From contig CAVXYC010000023.1 in assembly GCA_963765765.1 (NCBI GenBank), positions 96,001 through 160,000 on the forward strand: a stretch of 64,000 nt of DNA, in the 5' to 3' direction. The notes beneath the pieces were generated by a model. That model was not told the DNA's origin, ran no database searches, and saw only the letters and a list, made by a program, of their open reading frames with translations. A program made the translations under genes and the position numbers. Position 1 is the first letter of the stretch, and every line of letters starts with the position of its first letter. Shown piece after piece: positions 22,007-35,327 of the stretch. Origin of the DNA: an uncultured Chloroflexia bacterium. GTDB taxonomy: Bacteria; Chloroflexota; UBA6077; JACCZL01.

Positions 22007-23131
22007 CTAGCTAATGGTCAGACGCAGGACGCGGTCATCATCCGCTGAGGGCGACCCGCGGCCATCCCGGTTGCTCGTGAGCAGGTAATACGCGCCATCA
22101 GGCCCTTCGACGATGTCGCGCAGGCGACCGAACTGTCCCTGGATCACGGGTTCCAGACCTATCGCTCGGTGTGAGTCCTCTGGATCTAGTATGAGTCGAT
22201 AAAGCGACTGGCCGCGCAAGCCCGTGAACAGAAGCGACCCTGACCAGCTTCCTGACGAAACGAACGTTGCCCCGCCTGGCGCCCACGTCACGTTGGATCC
22301 GCTCTGCCAGATTGGCGAGATCATGCCCTCACGCTGCTCGTCGCCTGTGATCACCGGCCAGCCATAGTTCTGGCCGGCATCTATCCGGTTCACCTCGTCC
22401 AGGCAGCAGGTGGGGCGACCGCTCGGCCCGTGTTCGGTGGCGAAGAGCTGGCCGGTCCCGGGCTGCCAGGCCAGGCCCTGCGCATTGCGGTTACCGTATG
22501 AGTAGACGGTGGATCCCGGCCAGGGATTGTCCGCCGGAGCTGAGCCGTCTGTTTCCAGTCGATGAATCTTGCCATTCGGAATCGCCGGATCCTGCGCCAG
22601 CATGTCTGTCCCGGCATCACCCACCGTCCAGTAGAGCTTGCCGTCAGGGCCGAATCGAACGCGCCCTCCGTCGTGAACCGAGTTCGCTCGCACCCCATCC
22701 ACCAGCACGGCATCCTCGGCCCCAGTGCCCGTGGCTGGATCTTCACGGAGACGGGCGAGTTTGTTGACCAGACTGCCATCAGCCCCCCGATAGGTGTAGG
22801 CCGCGTACATCCAGCCATTGGAAGCGAATAAGGGATCAAGCGCAAGCCCCATAAGGCCTGCCTCACCGGTGCTGGCCACATTAAGGGTTGCCCATGGCTG
22901 GTCCTGGAGCTGCCCGTTGATCATCACGCGGATACGGCCCGGTCGTTCGGTGATGAAGACACGACCATCTGGAGCAAAGGCAATTTCCCAGGGAGCTTCG
23001 AGTCCCCGGGCCACCGTCTCAATTGACAGGGACGGATCTACTTGGGCTTCCACTGGATCAGCGACAGAAAAGCGCCCGATCAGGACGATCGCGAGGGACA
23101 AGAATATGATTCGACTTGCGAGCGGACTCAT
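22007..23131 (-). CDS. Secreted PQQ-dependent glucose/sorbosone dehydrogenase
   Basis: Signal peptide; GLEAPWEIAF, HDGGRVRFGPDGKLY, YGNRNAQGL, TEHGP, NYGWP and GRLRDI. Confidence 0.9.
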   Translation of the reverse strand: MSPLASRIIFLSLAIVLIGRFSVADPVEAQVDPSLSIETVARGLEAPWEIAFAPDGRVFITERPGRIRVMINGQLQDQPWATLNVASTGEAGLMGLALDPLFASNGWMYAAYTYRGADGSLVNKLARLREDPATGTGAEDAVLVDGVRANSVHDGGRVRFGPDGKLYWTVGDAGTDMLAQDPAIPNGKIHRLETDGSAPADNPWPGSTVYSYGNRNAQGLAWQPGTGQLFATEHGPSGRPTCCLDEVNRIDAGQNYGWPVITGDEQREGMISPIWQSGSNVTWAPGGATFVSSGSWSGSLLFTGLRGQSLYRLILDPEDSHRAIGLEPVIQGQFGRLRDIVEGPDGAYYLLTSNRDGRGSPSADDDRVLRLTIS

Positions 23132-23303
23132 CAGCGTTCTCCATCGTTCATGCCTTGAATCTTCGAGACGGATGCGCTTCGCATGACCTATGCCCACCAG
23201 CACTCCGGACTGCGGCGGTCTTCACCGCTTTCATTTCAAAGCGTAGCGGCCCGTGAGCTCGGCTTCCAGCGAAAACCGCCGCAGCTCAAATCCTGGCCGG
23301 TTC

Positions 23304-25343
<2,040 letters not shown>

Positions 25344-25374
25344 GGCATGTAAACCGGTCGTATGCTCATCATGA

Positions 25375-26535
25375 TTAGCTGGCAGTCATCGCGCTGCGAA
25401 GCAACTGTCGTGCCAGCGGAAGCCATTCGGCTCCGCGCTCTTCGAGACTCGTCAGCGCCTGCAGCTCCGTGTCACCTGCCTGGACGAGCTTCAGGCCCTC
25501 TGCACGAATCATAGTTCCGAGCTGCTTCATGACACCGCCGTAGATCGCTCGCCAGCGACGGTCCTCACTCTTGGAATCAAAGCCCATGCCTTTGAGATCC
25601 GTGGCGTAACGACCGAAGGGATAGGCGCCGCGTTCAACGGAGCGAAGCTTCTGGATCAGCTCCCCCGACCAGTCAGGGCCCGGTCCAGGTGGGCGATGAT
25701 CTCGACGACGCTTCGGAGTTTGCGTTCTCGTTGGAGCGACGCCAGCGCCGCGAGATCGTCAAAGTCGGCTGCCTCTGCGCCAAAGATCCCCGCGGCCAGC
25801 TTTCGTATGGCGCCACGAACGCCCGCCCCCAGGCGATAGTATCGCTCTGCCTGTTCCAGCGTTTTGATGGGGGTTCGATCGAGACGGGAAAGCTCCTCTG
25901 CGACGCTCCAGCCAATCAGCGGTGGAAAGAACTCAGTCCAATTCACCGGTACCAGCGCAGCCCAGGCGGGGTCCATTGGTCCTCTTGGCGTCAGGTGGCG
26001 CTCGATTCGCCATGGTATCCGGCGCCAGGAAGATCCCGTCGTGCAAGCGCGGATCGCTGGCTATGGCGCTCACGCGTCCAACGGCGGCTTGCAGGGCACG
26101 CTCGAGTAGCGGAGGCGGCTCGTCAAGCAATCCCTGAAGAACCGGCGTGCTCACCTGCTTGGTGTCAGCCGTTTCCAGCGTCCATTTGAAGTCCACGGGC
26201 TCCAGGATGATGGCTGCATCGAGCGTTCCGACAAGAATGGCGTCCGCGTGCGACTTTCCATTGGCTTGAACCTGAGCCGCTAAATCAGGCGCGGCCGAAA
26301 TGATGACCGCTTCACGTGGCGTGTACATCTCACCGTCTGGACCCGGTCGCGAGATATCAAGCAGTGTCAATAGCGCGCGTGCGCCCAGCGCTTCCCACTG
26401 CTTGCCAATCTGCTCGCTCGCCCCGCCCCAATCACCGATACGCCAGAGCTGCCGGCCCTCGAGGGGTGATTTGGCGGAGATAGGGCGCCGCTGAAAGGTA
26501 CGCCGTGGCGCGGGAGTCCCCGACTGCGTGTTCAT
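25375..26535 (-). CDS. Hypothetical protein, probably one gene split into 3 ORFs
   Basis: ORFs 25933..26589, 25656..25976 and 25375..25587 are contiguous, on the same strand and protein-like; a D...DFK motif is present. Confidence 0.55.
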
Positions 26536-26670
26536 GCTGCGAAGCGTACCACGGCTTGAGGATCGGCCGGTGCACGGACCGAGTGGCACCGGCGGCTCTA
26601 CCTGTCCAGTACGCCATCGCTGGATCCTGCGCTAATCGAGCGTTAGATCGACGTGGATCAGATCGCCGTT

Positions 26671-27696
26671 CTATTGACGAGCCTGGCCGCGTTGCCGGTT
26701 CCCGAAGGTACGGAAGGATGTGTGCGGCGGCGGGGCCGATGGCAGCGCATCGAGGATCTGCTGGAGCTTCGCGGTGGGCCGGTGTAGCGAGCGTCCATGT
26801 TTGTGCAGGTCGGTCCAGACGTCACCCGCGGCTGCAAGACGCTCGGGCAGGTTGCGCAGGGTGAACGATTGTGGGTGAACGGCGCCGCTCTCGATCTCAT
26901 CCCAGGTACACGGCGCGGAGATCGGCGCGCCGGGTTTAGGGCGAACCGCGTAGGCCGCGGCGAAGGTGGCGCTGTAGCCGTTGCGCCCGATATCAACGAA
27001 GATCCGGCCGTCACGCTCCACCTTAATGAACTCCTGAGTCAGGAGGTCGGGGTGGCGACCCACGAGCACCCGACCGACTGAGTCGGCGAACTTCCAGAGC
27101 TCGTCGAAACCGGCCTTGCCGTCCAGCGGCAGGACGATGTGGAAGCCCTTCGAGCCGGATGTCTTCACCCAGCTCGCTAGGCCCAGCTCGGCGAGGAGGT
27201 CACGGACCATGAGCGCGGCTGCACACACGCTCCCGGCATCCTCACTTGACGGGTCGAGGTCGAAGACGCACAGGTCTGGGTAATTCAGATCCGGCACGCG
27301 CGAGATCCAGACGTGGGGCGTGATGCAGTTCTGGTTCGCGAGCCACAGCAGTGACTGGAGGTCGTCAACCAGCGGGTGATGGACGACACCGCCCTTCTTC
27401 GGTACCTCCACTCGCTGCAGCCAGTCTGGGAAGCCTTTCGAGACATCCTTCTGGATAAAACCGCTGGCCCTGATGCCGGAAGGGAAGCGCTCCATCGAAA
27501 CCGGACGCCCGCGGACGTGCGGCAGCATTAGCGGCGCGACAGCCTCGTAGTAGTCCGCAAGCTCGCCCTTGGTGATGCCGTCTTCTGGAAAGAGCAGTTT
27601 TTCGGCGTGAGTAATCATGGTGCTTCCCTCAACACTTCGCGCGCCGACTTGTCGACGCGGATGCCGAGCAGCCGGGGGCGTCTCCTTCGTCGCCAT
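26671..27696 (-). CDS. Stand-alone LigD polymerase (AEP primase-polymerase) domain
   Basis: ITKGELADYY, RFPSGI, VFDLDP, KTSGSKGFHI and IFVDIGRN. Confidence 0.9.
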   Translation of the reverse strand: MATKETPPAARHPRRQVGARSVEGSTMITHAEKLLFPEDGITKGELADYYEAVAPLMLPHVRGRPVSMERFPSGIRASGFIQKDVSKGFPDWLQRVEVPKKGGVVHHPLVDDLQSLLWLANQNCITPHVWISRVPDLNYPDLCVFDLDPSSEDAGSVCAAALMVRDLLAELGLASWVKTSGSKGFHIVLPLDGKAGFDELWKFADSVGRVLVGRHPDLLTQEFIKVERDGRIFVDIGRNGYSATFAAAYAVRPKPGAPISAPCTWDEIESGAVHPQSFTLRNLPERLAAAGDVWTDLHKHGRSLHRPTAKLQQILDALPSAPPPHTSFRTFGNRQRGQARQ

Positions 27697-27738
27697 CCCT
27701 CGTCTCCCCCGTGCGACTTCCGTCTCCCGTCCGTTGCG

Positions 27739-28923
27739 CTAACGGAAGAAGTACTTCTCCCAGATCTTCGCTAGCTCGGCGTTGTATGCCGGATCGGAAT
27801 CCTGATCGTCACGGGGCAGGATCTTCGCTCCGTCGATGCTGTATTCGGGCGCCTTGGCCGGTATGCCCGTTCGAACGGGTGTGCTTCCCGCCGCGGCAAC
27901 CGACGTCTGGCCCTCCTCGGAGAGAATCCAGTTGGCGAATAGCTTGGCGGCATTGGGGTGTGGCGCGTTCTTCACGACCGTCACGCTGATCGGTGTGATC
28001 GCCACGCCTTCTTCAGGGCGAATGAACTTGATGGGCGCGCCCTCGGTTGCGGCGCGATATGCGTTTTCAGCCGTGTCCGTGAGGAGAATGGTGTACTCAC
28101 CTCGGATGAGGGCGTTCCGGATATCGGCTGTCTGAGAACCTATGAAGACTTGCTGGTCAGCAAGCTTCTGCAGAAACGGCTCGCCGTAGATCTTGAGCAT
28201 GGCGGTGAGGACGGTGTTGCCACCACCGCTGCCGCGAGGATCCTGCATGGCGATCTTCCCCTTGAATTTCGGATCGACGAGATCAGCCCATCGCTGCGGG
28301 GCCTGCCCCTCTGGTAGGGCGCGCGTGTTCACGGTGAGCCCGTAGAGGTTCAAGTTGCGTGGGATAAGGATATTTCGTGGGTCGCGGAAGTCTTCTAGGA
28401 CGCCCTGCAGCTCCGGCGGCTGAAACGCGTCCAGAAATCCAAGTTTGTCCAGCTCGGTCGTGGAATCGGGCCCCGCTGAGACAATGTCCGCGACGACCTT
28501 CCCAGCGCCTTGCTCAGCAATGACCTTCTCGCGGCTATCTCGCCCACGTTGAGCCACGACCTGCAGATCTATGCCCTGGTAGCGCTTGTTCCAGGCTTCC
28601 TTCATCGGTTCCCACTGGCTAAGCTCGCCCGAGGCATAGATCACGACAGCGCCTTCGCGGCGCGCTGCCTCGGTCACTGAATCAGCGAGTGCGATTGCGG
28701 GTTTTGCAGCCGCGGCACTCACCGGTGAGGCAGCTGGCGATGCACCTGGAGAAGCGGCCGGCGCTGATGCCGGCCCTGCGGCTGGTGACGACGCGGCAGT
28801 CGGCTTCGGCGCCGATGTAGGTGCGCTTGTGGGCGTGCTGGCTACTGGGGGTGAGCAGGCAGTGATGACTGAGCAGAGCAATATCAATGCACCGGGAAAT
28901 CCCGGAAGGTTTCGGTAAATCAC
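27739..28923 (-). CDS. ABC-type extracellular solute-binding lipoprotein (Fe3+/thiamine/2-AEP class)
   Basis: Lipobox ITAC, Pro/Ala linker, WADLVDPKFKGKIAM and APHPNAAKLFANWILSEEGQ. Confidence 0.85.
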   Translation of the reverse strand: MIYRNLPGFPGALILLCSVITACSPPVASTPTSAPTSAPKPTAASSPAAGPASAPAASPGASPAASPVSAAAAKPAIALADSVTEAARREGAVVIYASGELSQWEPMKEAWNKRYQGIDLQVVAQRGRDSREKVIAEQGAGKVVADIVSAGPDSTTELDKLGFLDAFQPPELQGVLEDFRDPRNILIPRNLNLYGLTVNTRALPEGQAPQRWADLVDPKFKGKIAMQDPRGSGGGNTVLTAMLKIYGEPFLQKLADQQVFIGSQTADIRNALIRGEYTILLTDTAENAYRAATEGAPIKFIRPEEGVAITPISVTVVKNAPHPNAAKLFANWILSEEGQTSVAAAGSTPVRTGIPAKAPEYSIDGAKILPRDDQDSDPAYNAELAKIWEKYFFR

Positions 28924-29319
28924 GGATGTGCCTCCGATGGAGTTTCACGACGGGCCTTACAGCGACGCATCGCAGACTAACCTGAATGCTCGGTGACGGC
29001 AATAGCACATGCAACCGCACCCATGCGAGATCGCAGGAATCCGAAGCGGCACTTCCCTACGCCGCCCCGAGGGCGCTCCGCCTGGTGCAATCTGTTGCGG
29101 GCCTATTGGATCCCCGGTAGTATCGACTGTTAGATCGATGCCGGCCGGCCCACATGGACCGGCAACGGGGGGTGAACACACCGCACGACCACGGCTCCGG
29201 CTCAATAGCCCAGCAGAGCAGTGCCCACTTCCGGGCACAGAGTCATCCCAGCACAACCCTCGATTGGTTCGACGTCATGCCAGGCCGAGCTCGGCCTGGC
29301 TACGTCGTCAGGAGGTGCC

Positions 29320-30489
29320 ATGTCCCGCGGATCGCTTCTCATCGGGCTGCTCGCAATCATTGTCGGCTGTAGCCCTGCTGCTCAACCCTCGCCAACCGCC
29401 GCGCCGGCAAAGCCCGCCGCGGCTCCTACAGCGGCGCCCGCCGCGAAGCCGGCGGAAAAGGAAGCCGCCGCCAAGCCTGCTGAGAAAGCGGCGACATTAG
29501 CGCCCGACTACTTCAAAGATAAGACCGTGCGCGTCATCACGGGCTATGAGCCCGGGAGCGGCTCCGATCAGCAGGCCCGTTATCTGGCGCAGGAGTGGCC
29601 GAAGTTCATCCCAGGCAACCCACGGATGACGGTGACAAACCAGCCTGGAGCCTCCGCCATCATCGCGGCCAATGGCATGTGGGAAGCCAAACCTGACGGC
29701 ATGACGGTCTATTACGGTAGCGGTGGCGGCCCCGAGGTGCAGCTCGCGCGACCCGAGGAAGTTCGCTACAAGTTCGACGAGTTCGTGCGTATCGGAAGTT
29801 TCGAGCAGCGGCCATCGCTCTGGGTGGTTCTCGGAACCGCTCCATACAAGCGTATCCAGGACGCGATCGGTGGTGACAAGGAGTTCACGTTCGGAACGCC
29901 CACCGAAGGCGACAGCTACGAGATCAACATGCTCAAGGACTTCCTGAGGCTGCCGGTGCGTGTGGTGTATGGCATTCAGGCTGGAACTGCGCAGACCCTG
30001 CTTGCCTTTGACCGCAAGGACGTGGATAGCCAGATCACCGGTGGCGCCTGGATCCAGTACGCAAAGCAACGGCCTGGCTGGTGGACGGACAAGTACGTCG
30101 AGCCATTCGCCATCATTGCAAGTCCGTCTATCAAGTTTGTGAACAACGGCGAGATGGACCTGCCGTCCGACGTGAAGAACGTCCGCGATTTCATGACGGA
30201 CGAGCAGAAGCGCCTTTACCAGATTCTTGGCACCGGCGAAAACGAGCTCTACCGCACTGGTTTCCTTCCGCCGGGTACCCCCGCCGAGATTCAACAGGTC
30301 TACTCGGATTCCCTCGCGACAGCGCTGAAGGATGCCGCGTTCCTTGACGGCCTCACCAAGATCATGGGACGGGACCCCGACCCGTTTATCACAGGACCCG
30401 AGCTCAACAGGATCGCCAAGTCATTTGATATGAAGGAGCTCGATCAGCTCCTGATCAAGTATCGGCCCGGATACAAGTCGCCATTCTGA
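29320..30489 (+). CDS. Tripartite tricarboxylate transporter substrate-binding lipoprotein (TctC/Bug-like)
   Basis: RBS GGAGG at 29311; lipobox IVGC; YFKDKTVRVITGYEPGSGSD, IPGNP and NQPGASAIIAAN...KPDG. Confidence 0.8.
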   Translation: MSRGSLLIGLLAIIVGCSPAAQPSPTAAPAKPAAAPTAAPAAKPAEKEAAAKPAEKAATLAPDYFKDKTVRVITGYEPGSGSDQQARYLAQEWPKFIPGNPRMTVTNQPGASAIIAANGMWEAKPDGMTVYYGSGGGPEVQLARPEEVRYKFDEFVRIGSFEQRPSLWVVLGTAPYKRIQDAIGGDKEFTFGTPTEGDSYEINMLKDFLRLPVRVVYGIQAGTAQTLLAFDRKDVDSQITGGAWIQYAKQRPGWWTDKYVEPFAIIASPSIKFVNNGEMDLPSDVKNVRDFMTDEQKRLYQILGTGENELYRTGFLPPGTPAEIQQVYSDSLATALKDAAFLDGLTKIMGRDPDPFITGPELNRIAKSFDMKELDQLLIKYRPGYKSPF

Positions 30490-30496
30490 GACCGCC

Positions 30497-30546
30497 GAGT
30501 GATGAGTGATGAGTCCAGGATGCACTCCTACTCATTGCTCATCACT
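30497..30546. repeat. Short heptamer-based inverted repeat
   Basis: GAGTGATGAGTGATGAGT ... ACTCATTGCTCATCAC. Confidence 0.55.
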
Positions 30547-30566
30547 TGTCACTAGTTGGGCTGAGT

Positions 30567-32665
30567 ATGGATACCTTCGGGCAGACAATCCAGATTATGG
30601 CCGAGCTGCTCACCGAACCCGGTGTACTGGTTCGTGCTCATCATGACGGTGCTCATCACCGGGCCACTGGGCATGATCCCGGGCGTTGGCAGCACCACGG
30701 TCATTGCTATCTCCTTGCCGTTCCTGGTGTTGAACGTCGACCCGGTGATCGGGATGGTGTTCGTGGCAGGCCTGCTCTCGCTCGGGAACACCATGGATAT
30801 CATCCCGGCGGTGTTGCTCGGGTATCCCAGCGTCGCCACGGCGGTGGATTTCCTGGAAGGGCACCAGCTTGCGCGACGAGGGCTCGGCGCGCGCGTGCTG
30901 GGCGCCAGCTATGCCGTGTCCATGTTTGGCGGGCTCATTGGGGCGCTAGCCATGGCGTTCGCGCTACCGCTGATGAGGCCGTTCATCACCAGCTTCTCCT
31001 ATGCGGAGATCGCGGCCCTGGCGTTGTTCGGCGTGGCCATGGTGGCCGTTCTTGCGCGTGGCGCCGTCTTCAAGGCCCTCGGCGCGGCGATGATCGGACT
31101 GCTGCTGGCAACGATCGGCTCCACTCCCACGAGCGCGGTCGATCGATTCACCCTCGGTCAGCTCTATCTTGTGGACGGACTTCCTCTAATTCCGACGATT
31201 CTTGGGATCTTTGCTCTTCCCGAGATCGTCGACCTGGCGATGAGTAAGTCCGCCGTGGCCCAGGCCGGGATCGGTGTCCAACCGTGAAGTCTGGATCGGT
31301 TTCAAGGAGGGTCTCCAGCGCTGGCGCACGATTCCGCGACAGAGCCTTTTTGGCGTTTTTATGGGCGCCATCCCGGGCATCGGCGGTGCGGCCATTGAGT
31401 GGCTCTCATACGCCCTCGGTATCGCGTTCTCCAAGGACAAGTCGCAGTTTGGCAAGGGCAGCATGGATGGCATTCTCTTCACGGAGTCTGCCCAGAGCGC
31501 CAAAGAAGCGGGGCAAGCTATCCCGACTCTGGCCTTCGGCATCCCTGGTGGCTCGGGCTGGGCGCTCTGCCTCGCGGCAATGATTGCCTACGGCATCGCT
31601 CCAGGGCTGGGCATGCTGGGTCAGAACTTGGATATCACCATGGGCATCGTTTTGACCATTGGCCTGGGTAACCTGCTGGGTACGATCCTCGCCCTGTTCA
31701 TCACCGGCCAGGTCGCGCGGCTGACCTTGATCCCATACCAGTTTGTTGCCGGGATGATTCTGCCGCTCATGTTCCTGAGCGCCGTGCAAGCCCGCTCGCA
31801 CTGGGGTGACATCGTGGCCCTGCTGAGCATGGGCGCACTCGGCATGGCGATGAAGTGGTTCGGCTGGCCGCGTCCACCGCTGATTCTCGCGTTCGTGCTC
31901 GGGAGGGCCCTGGAGCAGAATCTCTGGACGGCAATCAGTATCGGCGGTCCACTAATCTTCGTCACCCGCCCGTACGCCCTGACGATCATTATCCTGGCCG
32001 TGCTATTCGCGGTCTATATGATCCGGATGCTTCGCTCCACTCAGCAGCAGGTGGAGCAGGCCGTGGCGAGAATTGACCTCGATGCACCGATAGCTCCTCC
32101 GATTTCATCGGGTGGCATGGCGGCGGCCATGCCACCCGATGAACCAGAACGGCCACGCCGATTTGCAGTGCGCCCTCGCTGGCGCTGGGAGCATCTACTC
32201 TGGCTGGCGCTGGCGGCCTGGGCCGGCGGCATCATCTTCCGAGAGAGCTTGCGCTATACAGGGCCGGCGCAGTTCTTCCCGCTGCTGGCCAGCTCAGGGT
32301 TTCTCTTGATCCTGGTGGGGCTAGTCATTACGGACCTGCTCAGGCCTGACCAGCGCGCCAACGAGATCATGGACATCGGCATGCGGACCGGCACGGGCAA
32401 GGAAGCATTCCGAGCATTCTTACCCATCGTTGGCTGGATCATCGGGTTCATTGCGCTGATGGGTATTCTGGGACTGCAGCTCGCCAGCATCGTGTTCCCG
32501 GCGATCTATATCACCGCGTCGCTTCGATGGCGGGGGAAGAAGGCCTTGTGGGTACTCGCACCAGTCGCGCTCTCGACGTTTGTGTCGGTGATCATTATGG
32601 AAAACGTCTTGAACGTCTACTGGCCTGAGCCATTCATTACTTCATGGGTGCAGCGCCGGTTCTAG
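30567..32665 (+). CDS. TctA permease with fused C-terminal TctB-like domain (frameshifted)
   Basis: GMIPGVG, IPAVLLGYP, GAIPGIGG, IPTLAFGIPG and WPRPPLILAFVLG; four extra TM helices after a linker. Confidence 0.8.
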
Positions 32666-32789
32666 ATCAGCGCAAAGCACTTCAGAGTGCGGTGCGGCGT
32701 GGGTAGGGCCGCCCTCCACTCTACCCACTGCCCGTATCGGTGATGTCGCCGGAATCCAAAGCGGCCTTCTCCACGCCGCTTCGCACGGG

Positions 32790-33351
32790 TCAGCGGGTGA
32801 TTTCAGCCAGCTTCGCATCGATGACCTGGGCAAAGGTCTCGACGTTTTGCGGCAACGAGGCGCTCACCGTTGATGACGAAGACCGGCGTGGCGATGATGC
32901 CGATACTCCGTCCGTTAGTAAGGTCGTCTCGAATCGACGGCAAATCTTCGGCCGAATCGAGACAGGCGCTGAATGGCTCCGGGCTCAATCCGAGATCCAC
33001 GGCGAATTGTTTCAGATTGGCAGATGAGAACTGGCCCTGGTTGTATCCGCGCTGATTCCAGAAGAGAAGATCGTGGTAGTCCCAGAATAGCTCTTCCTGC
33101 CCGGCGCAACGCGCCGCCTGCGCGGCCATTCGACTCTCTTCGCCGATCCAGGCAAAGTCATTCCAGACAACTCGTAGCTGCCCGGTACCGACGTATCGTT
33201 CGATGAGCTGTGGTAACACCTCACGGGTGAATCTTCCACAGCCGGGTCATTGAAAGTCGGCGTATTCCTCCATTGTTACCGGAGCGTCGAGCGAGCCTAG
33301 ATAGCGCTGAGGGTGGGGATCGGACCGTGGAGTTGTGAGGACGTGGAGCAT
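32790..33351 (-). CDS. DsbA/Com1-like selenoprotein (U-P-G-C), no signal peptide; 3' frameshift near 32850
   Basis: LGSLDAPVTMEEYADFQ-TGA(33247-33249)-PGCGRFTREVLPQLIERYV is one frame; cis-Pro loop GIIATPVFVING; hairpin 3' of the TGA. Confidence 0.85.
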
Positions 33352-33394
33352 AGAATCACCAGGAGTCCACCGCGGTTGATGAATGGGAGGCCCG

Positions 33395-34243
33395 ATGCCA
33401 ACACTCCGCTTTGCCAATGCAGAAGACCTACCGCCCGAAGAGCGCGCCGTCCTTGAGCGGATCGCCAAGCGTATGGGGCGCGCTCCCGATGATTTCGGGG
33501 AGATCTTTCGCGCGCAAGCACATTGGCCCACATACCTGGAAGCGAATCACCAGCAAACACTGTATGGCTTTCGGATCAAGGGCCAATTGCCAGAGATCAC
33601 CAAACAAGCTATGCACGTCGCCGTCTCGATGGCGAATCGGTGCGAGTATTGACTTAGCAGCCATGTAGCCGCCGTGCTGCGGCTGGGACTGACCGAGAAG
33701 GGCGTGACCGAGATCCTCGCAGTGTCCGAGCACACCGTGAGCGTGTGTGCCGCGGCCGAGGGACTGCGTATTCCTTCCGATGTGCCAACTGGGAGCACGC
33801 ACCCGGCCACTGCGATCGTTGCTCCGTTGAGCGATGCCGAACTGGGCGATGCCATTTCCACCATCGAAGCAATTGCCGCCTGGAGCCGCGAGCACCTGGA
33901 CACCGCAACCGCGCCGGCATTCTGGCGAACCATCGCGCACCAGCCGCGCTTTCTACAGGCAACCTGGGCCAAGGACCGACTCATAATGGGGGATGGGGAG
34001 CTTGACGCTGCCGCCAAGGTCTGCACGGCCCTCGCCGTGGCGATGTTCCGTCAGAGCTCGTACTGGACCGGGTACCTTGCGCAACAGCTTCGGCACGACT
34101 TCCGGATGAGCGACGCCACGCTGGTTGAGCTTACGGCCGGCGTGATGCACTACGTATCGTTCAATACGGTGGCGCACGGCATGCGCCTGGCCGCGCCACA
34201 CACAGACATGACCGCGAGCGCATTTCGTGAGCCGGCCCGCTGA
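33395..34243 (+). CDS. AhpD/carboxymuconolactone decarboxylase-like selenoprotein (C-E-Y-U), two CMD-like halves
   Basis: HVAVSMANRCEY-TGA(33650-33652)-LSSHVAAVLRLG is in frame with ORF 33674..34243; matches the AhpD CxxC..H motif with Sec. Confidence 0.85.
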
Positions 34244-34498
34244 GTCACCGCTCCACGCTCGCCAGCCTATTTGATGTTCGACGGCTCCTTCCTCCAAGCA
34301 AACTGGGCACGCGGTAGGGATACGGTGTCCGAAGATAGCGCGGCGATTTGTGCACGACGCCCGGGATCGCAGGAATGGGGATACATGTTCCGGTGCCGGG
34401 ATCCCCGGGCTCGTGGAGCGAGATCGCCGCGCTACCCGTAGGGCGCCCATTGTGTGGAAGAGCGTCCGGTGCAGTACTGGCTCTCGCCGTGGAACTAT

Positions 34499-35143
34499 TC
34501 ATCCCCCTTCGAGTTGCCAGATCGGCTTGGGCAATGCCGCGTCACGAACGTCTGCCAGACGACTGGCGCGCTCGCGTCCGGCAACAGCCGACTCGACCGT
34601 GCTATCTGAGAGCTCGAGGCCCAGGGCGTCTACCACCCGCAGGCGAAAGTTGAAATACGCGCAGACCTGCACGATGTCAAGGATGTCGCGGTCGGTCCAG
34701 CCATGGTAGCGGAGCGTCTGCACATCCGCCGCGGTCATGCCGCTGGGATTAATCGTCAGCTTTTCGACGTACTCCAACATCGCAAACTCTGCCGGGCTCA
34801 GGTCCGCTGACCGCCAGTCAGCCTTGAGCGTTTCGGCCACCAGGTCATCGCCGCCCTCTTTACGCAGAGCCTCTGCGTGAGCGGTCGTTCAATACTTGCA
34901 GTTCGCGGTCAGCGAGGTAACCGTGGCAATCATCTCGCGCTGCTGCGTGGTGAGTCCGGAAGGGCCGCGCATGACCTCCCACATCAGCTCCGCCGCGTGC
35001 CACATAGCCTTCGGATTGAGGCTGTGGAGCGAGGAGGGGCTGGGATGCACCCGCTGTTGGCCGCGTTGCTGACGAATCTTCTCGTAGTAATGTAGGAGGT
35101 CCCCGTCAGCCTCGTCGTCGGGGATTGTTCTGATCCAGGTCAT
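34499..35143 (-). CDS. AhpD-like peroxidase-related selenoprotein (C-K-Y-U)
   Basis: REMIATVTSLTANCKY-TGA(34889-34891)-TTAHAEALR is in frame with ORF 34499..34840 (AMLEYVEKLT, AYFNFRLRVVDALG). Confidence 0.9.
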
Positions 35144-35327
35144 GCGCTTCCTCTCATGTGCTCCAAGCACTCGGTATAGCTCACTTCACGGCACTCAACT
35201 CGCTTAGCCCGCGTTATTCACCGCTCACAGCCTACCTGCCACTGAGGATCCTGAGTATCGCGAGAACGTCAACAGGGCATAAGCTTCTTCAGTCAAGGAC
35301 AGCAAGGTAACTCTCCTTGTTGTCATG

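Noticed and set aside
34245-34502. 85-aa ORF overlapping the AhpD-2 stop (ATGA) as a RiPP precursor or extra gene
   Set aside because: The coupling is suggestive, but the sequence is low-complexity with no recognisable motif; not supportable.
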